From NCBI GenBank assembly GCA_030141605.1, contig JAQGDQ010000343.1, forward strand, positions 186,001 through 249,360: 63,360 nt of DNA. The letters run 5' to 3'. Position 1 is the stretch's first letter; every line of letters begins with the position of its first letter. Of this stretch, positions 62,000-63,360 are shown piece by piece. Source of the DNA: Tubiluchus corallicola. Its lineage: Eukaryota; Animalia; Priapulida. The translations under genes and the position numbers were made by a program. The notes beneath the pieces are model-generated. The model was not told the DNA's origin. It worked only from the letters and a program-made list of their open reading frames with translations, and did not search any database.

Positions 62000-62137
62000 T
62001 TTGGCTCCGCCTACCTTGCGTTTCTTCTGCTCTTTCACGTCGTGTCGCTTCGTGGAACGCTTCTCCGATTTCGCTTGCTGCCTCTTCTCTTGCTGCTGCT
62101 TCTGCCTCTCAAGCTGCTCGACTGCCTTCTCGCTTTC
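62000..62137 (-). CDS. SART3: SART3 exon (charged coiled-coil/NLS region; further 5' exons outside the window)
   Basis: gacag| acceptor, |gtgagt donor, 138 nt; ESEKAVEQLERQKQQQEKRQQAKSEKRSTKRHDVKEQKKRKVGGAK. Confidence 0.8.
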
Positions 62138-62297
62138 CTGTCACGTTAATGACCGATTAATAATTAGCGCAGTTAGTCCAACGTTTGTGTGCAGGGTTGG
62201 ACTCTGGCCACTAAATAATTAACTAATAACAAAAGCAGCATCCATCCACAGCAAACTAGCGGCAGCTGCGAGCACTACTGAGCTACTGCATGATGGC

Positions 62298-62744
62298 TAG
62301 TTTCTGACGTAAGCAATAACAAAAGCATAAACTTTCAAAGCTACGCGCAGCTCAGTGAATCTACTAAGATGGGCAGCAGCGCCTTTTTGTAACGTGCGCA
62401 TGGCCGACGTATAGAAGGCGGTACCTTGATAACCATGATCATGAACTGCAGTGTTAGTTTCTGACGTCATATGATGTAGAGTCCATTTTCGTGACATCAC
62501 ACGTTTAAACAGTACTATAACACCTACACAAATGTGCTTGATGCGCAAGGGAAGACGCCTGCCATTGCACAAATTGTGGTTAGTTTGTGACGTAAACAAT
62601 AGCTCTGTTCGCTTGTCGTTAATTAACTACCTAAGCTAATCATTTAAATATTAGAAACAATTGCTAATTTTCATAGGCAAGAAAATGTATATATTGGACT
62701 GTAGTTAATATGAGTTTGACGCTAAACAGTCATCCGGTTTTCCT
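62298..62744 (-). mobile_element. MITE family C, partial reverse copy
   Basis: Reverse complement of 43181-43600; ends TCCGGTTTTCCT|TTAA. Confidence 0.82.
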
Positions 62745-63104
62745 TTAAAGACAAAAGTAAGTTGTAAGTGCACCATATCCCAAGTAACACCTTCATGAAT
62801 TGCTAACGTGGGGCCGCCACACGGCAAACCGATCACACAAAATTTGTGCACACGAGGCAAGTTTTATATGAACCAACTTTTGTACGGTTAATCAACAGCA
62901 AACGTGTGCTAGACTGACACGTGACAAAGGCGTTTGGTTTTTATTATTCCGATATGATCTCGTATGATAGAAATCGTTGCTTTGAGCGCGCACACTGGAG
63001 CAGGATCAGTTTGTATGCAACAGAAATTTAATAATATAAAATTCCGCGTGCGGCAAAGCTGGATGAACGGCACTTATCGAGTTGCACACGCGAGGAAAAA
63101 TCTG

Positions 63105-63305
63105 TAACCTAATCTAATATAAACTAATTTAACCTAATCTAATCTAATATAATTTAACCTAATGTAATCTATTTAATTTAACCTAATTTATCTAATCTAA
63201 TCTATTCTACTCCACTCTACACTAATCTAATCTAATCCATACCACTCTGCTTTTTCTACTCTAATCTACTCTACACTATTCTGATGTAATCTAATCTAAT
63301 CTGAT
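63105..63305. repeat. Degenerate (CTAAT/CTACT)n low-complexity tract
   Basis: Direct reading. Confidence 0.75.
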
Positions 63306-63360
63306 AGCATACATTCTCCAAAGTGGCAAAACTAATTGAATTTATCTAAAAGTTCGTACT

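Overview
AT-rich, repeat-dense eukaryotic DNA that looks like an invertebrate animal genome; the species cannot be fixed from sequence alone. Two conserved genes converge tail to tail near 45.15 kb. The 3' eight coding exons of SMPD4 (neutral sphingomyelinase-3) lie on + (721-44120), and the 3' seven coding exons of SART3/Prp24 lie on - (62137-45681). One SMPD4 intron is about 32.7 kb (4573-37260) and holds two notable passengers. The first is an intact, six-exon, antisense piggyBac-transposase-derived gene (~634 aa). Its DDD triad reads Y-D-E while the C-terminal Cys-rich zinc finger is retained, which makes it a candidate domesticated transposase. The second is a ~10 kb scrambled tandem array of ankyrin + Mab-21/cGAS-like receptor (cGLR) pseudogene fragments. 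SART3 introns hold a full-length 5S rRNA sequence fused to a GC-rich retroelement-like body, and a stand-alone SGNH-hydrolase exon whose acceptor is in frame with the upstream SART3 exon. The remainder is MITEs (Sola1-like, Kolobok-like, hAT, Tc1/pogo-like) and about ten unrelated minisatellites. All homology calls come from manual translation and recalled family motifs; no searches were run.
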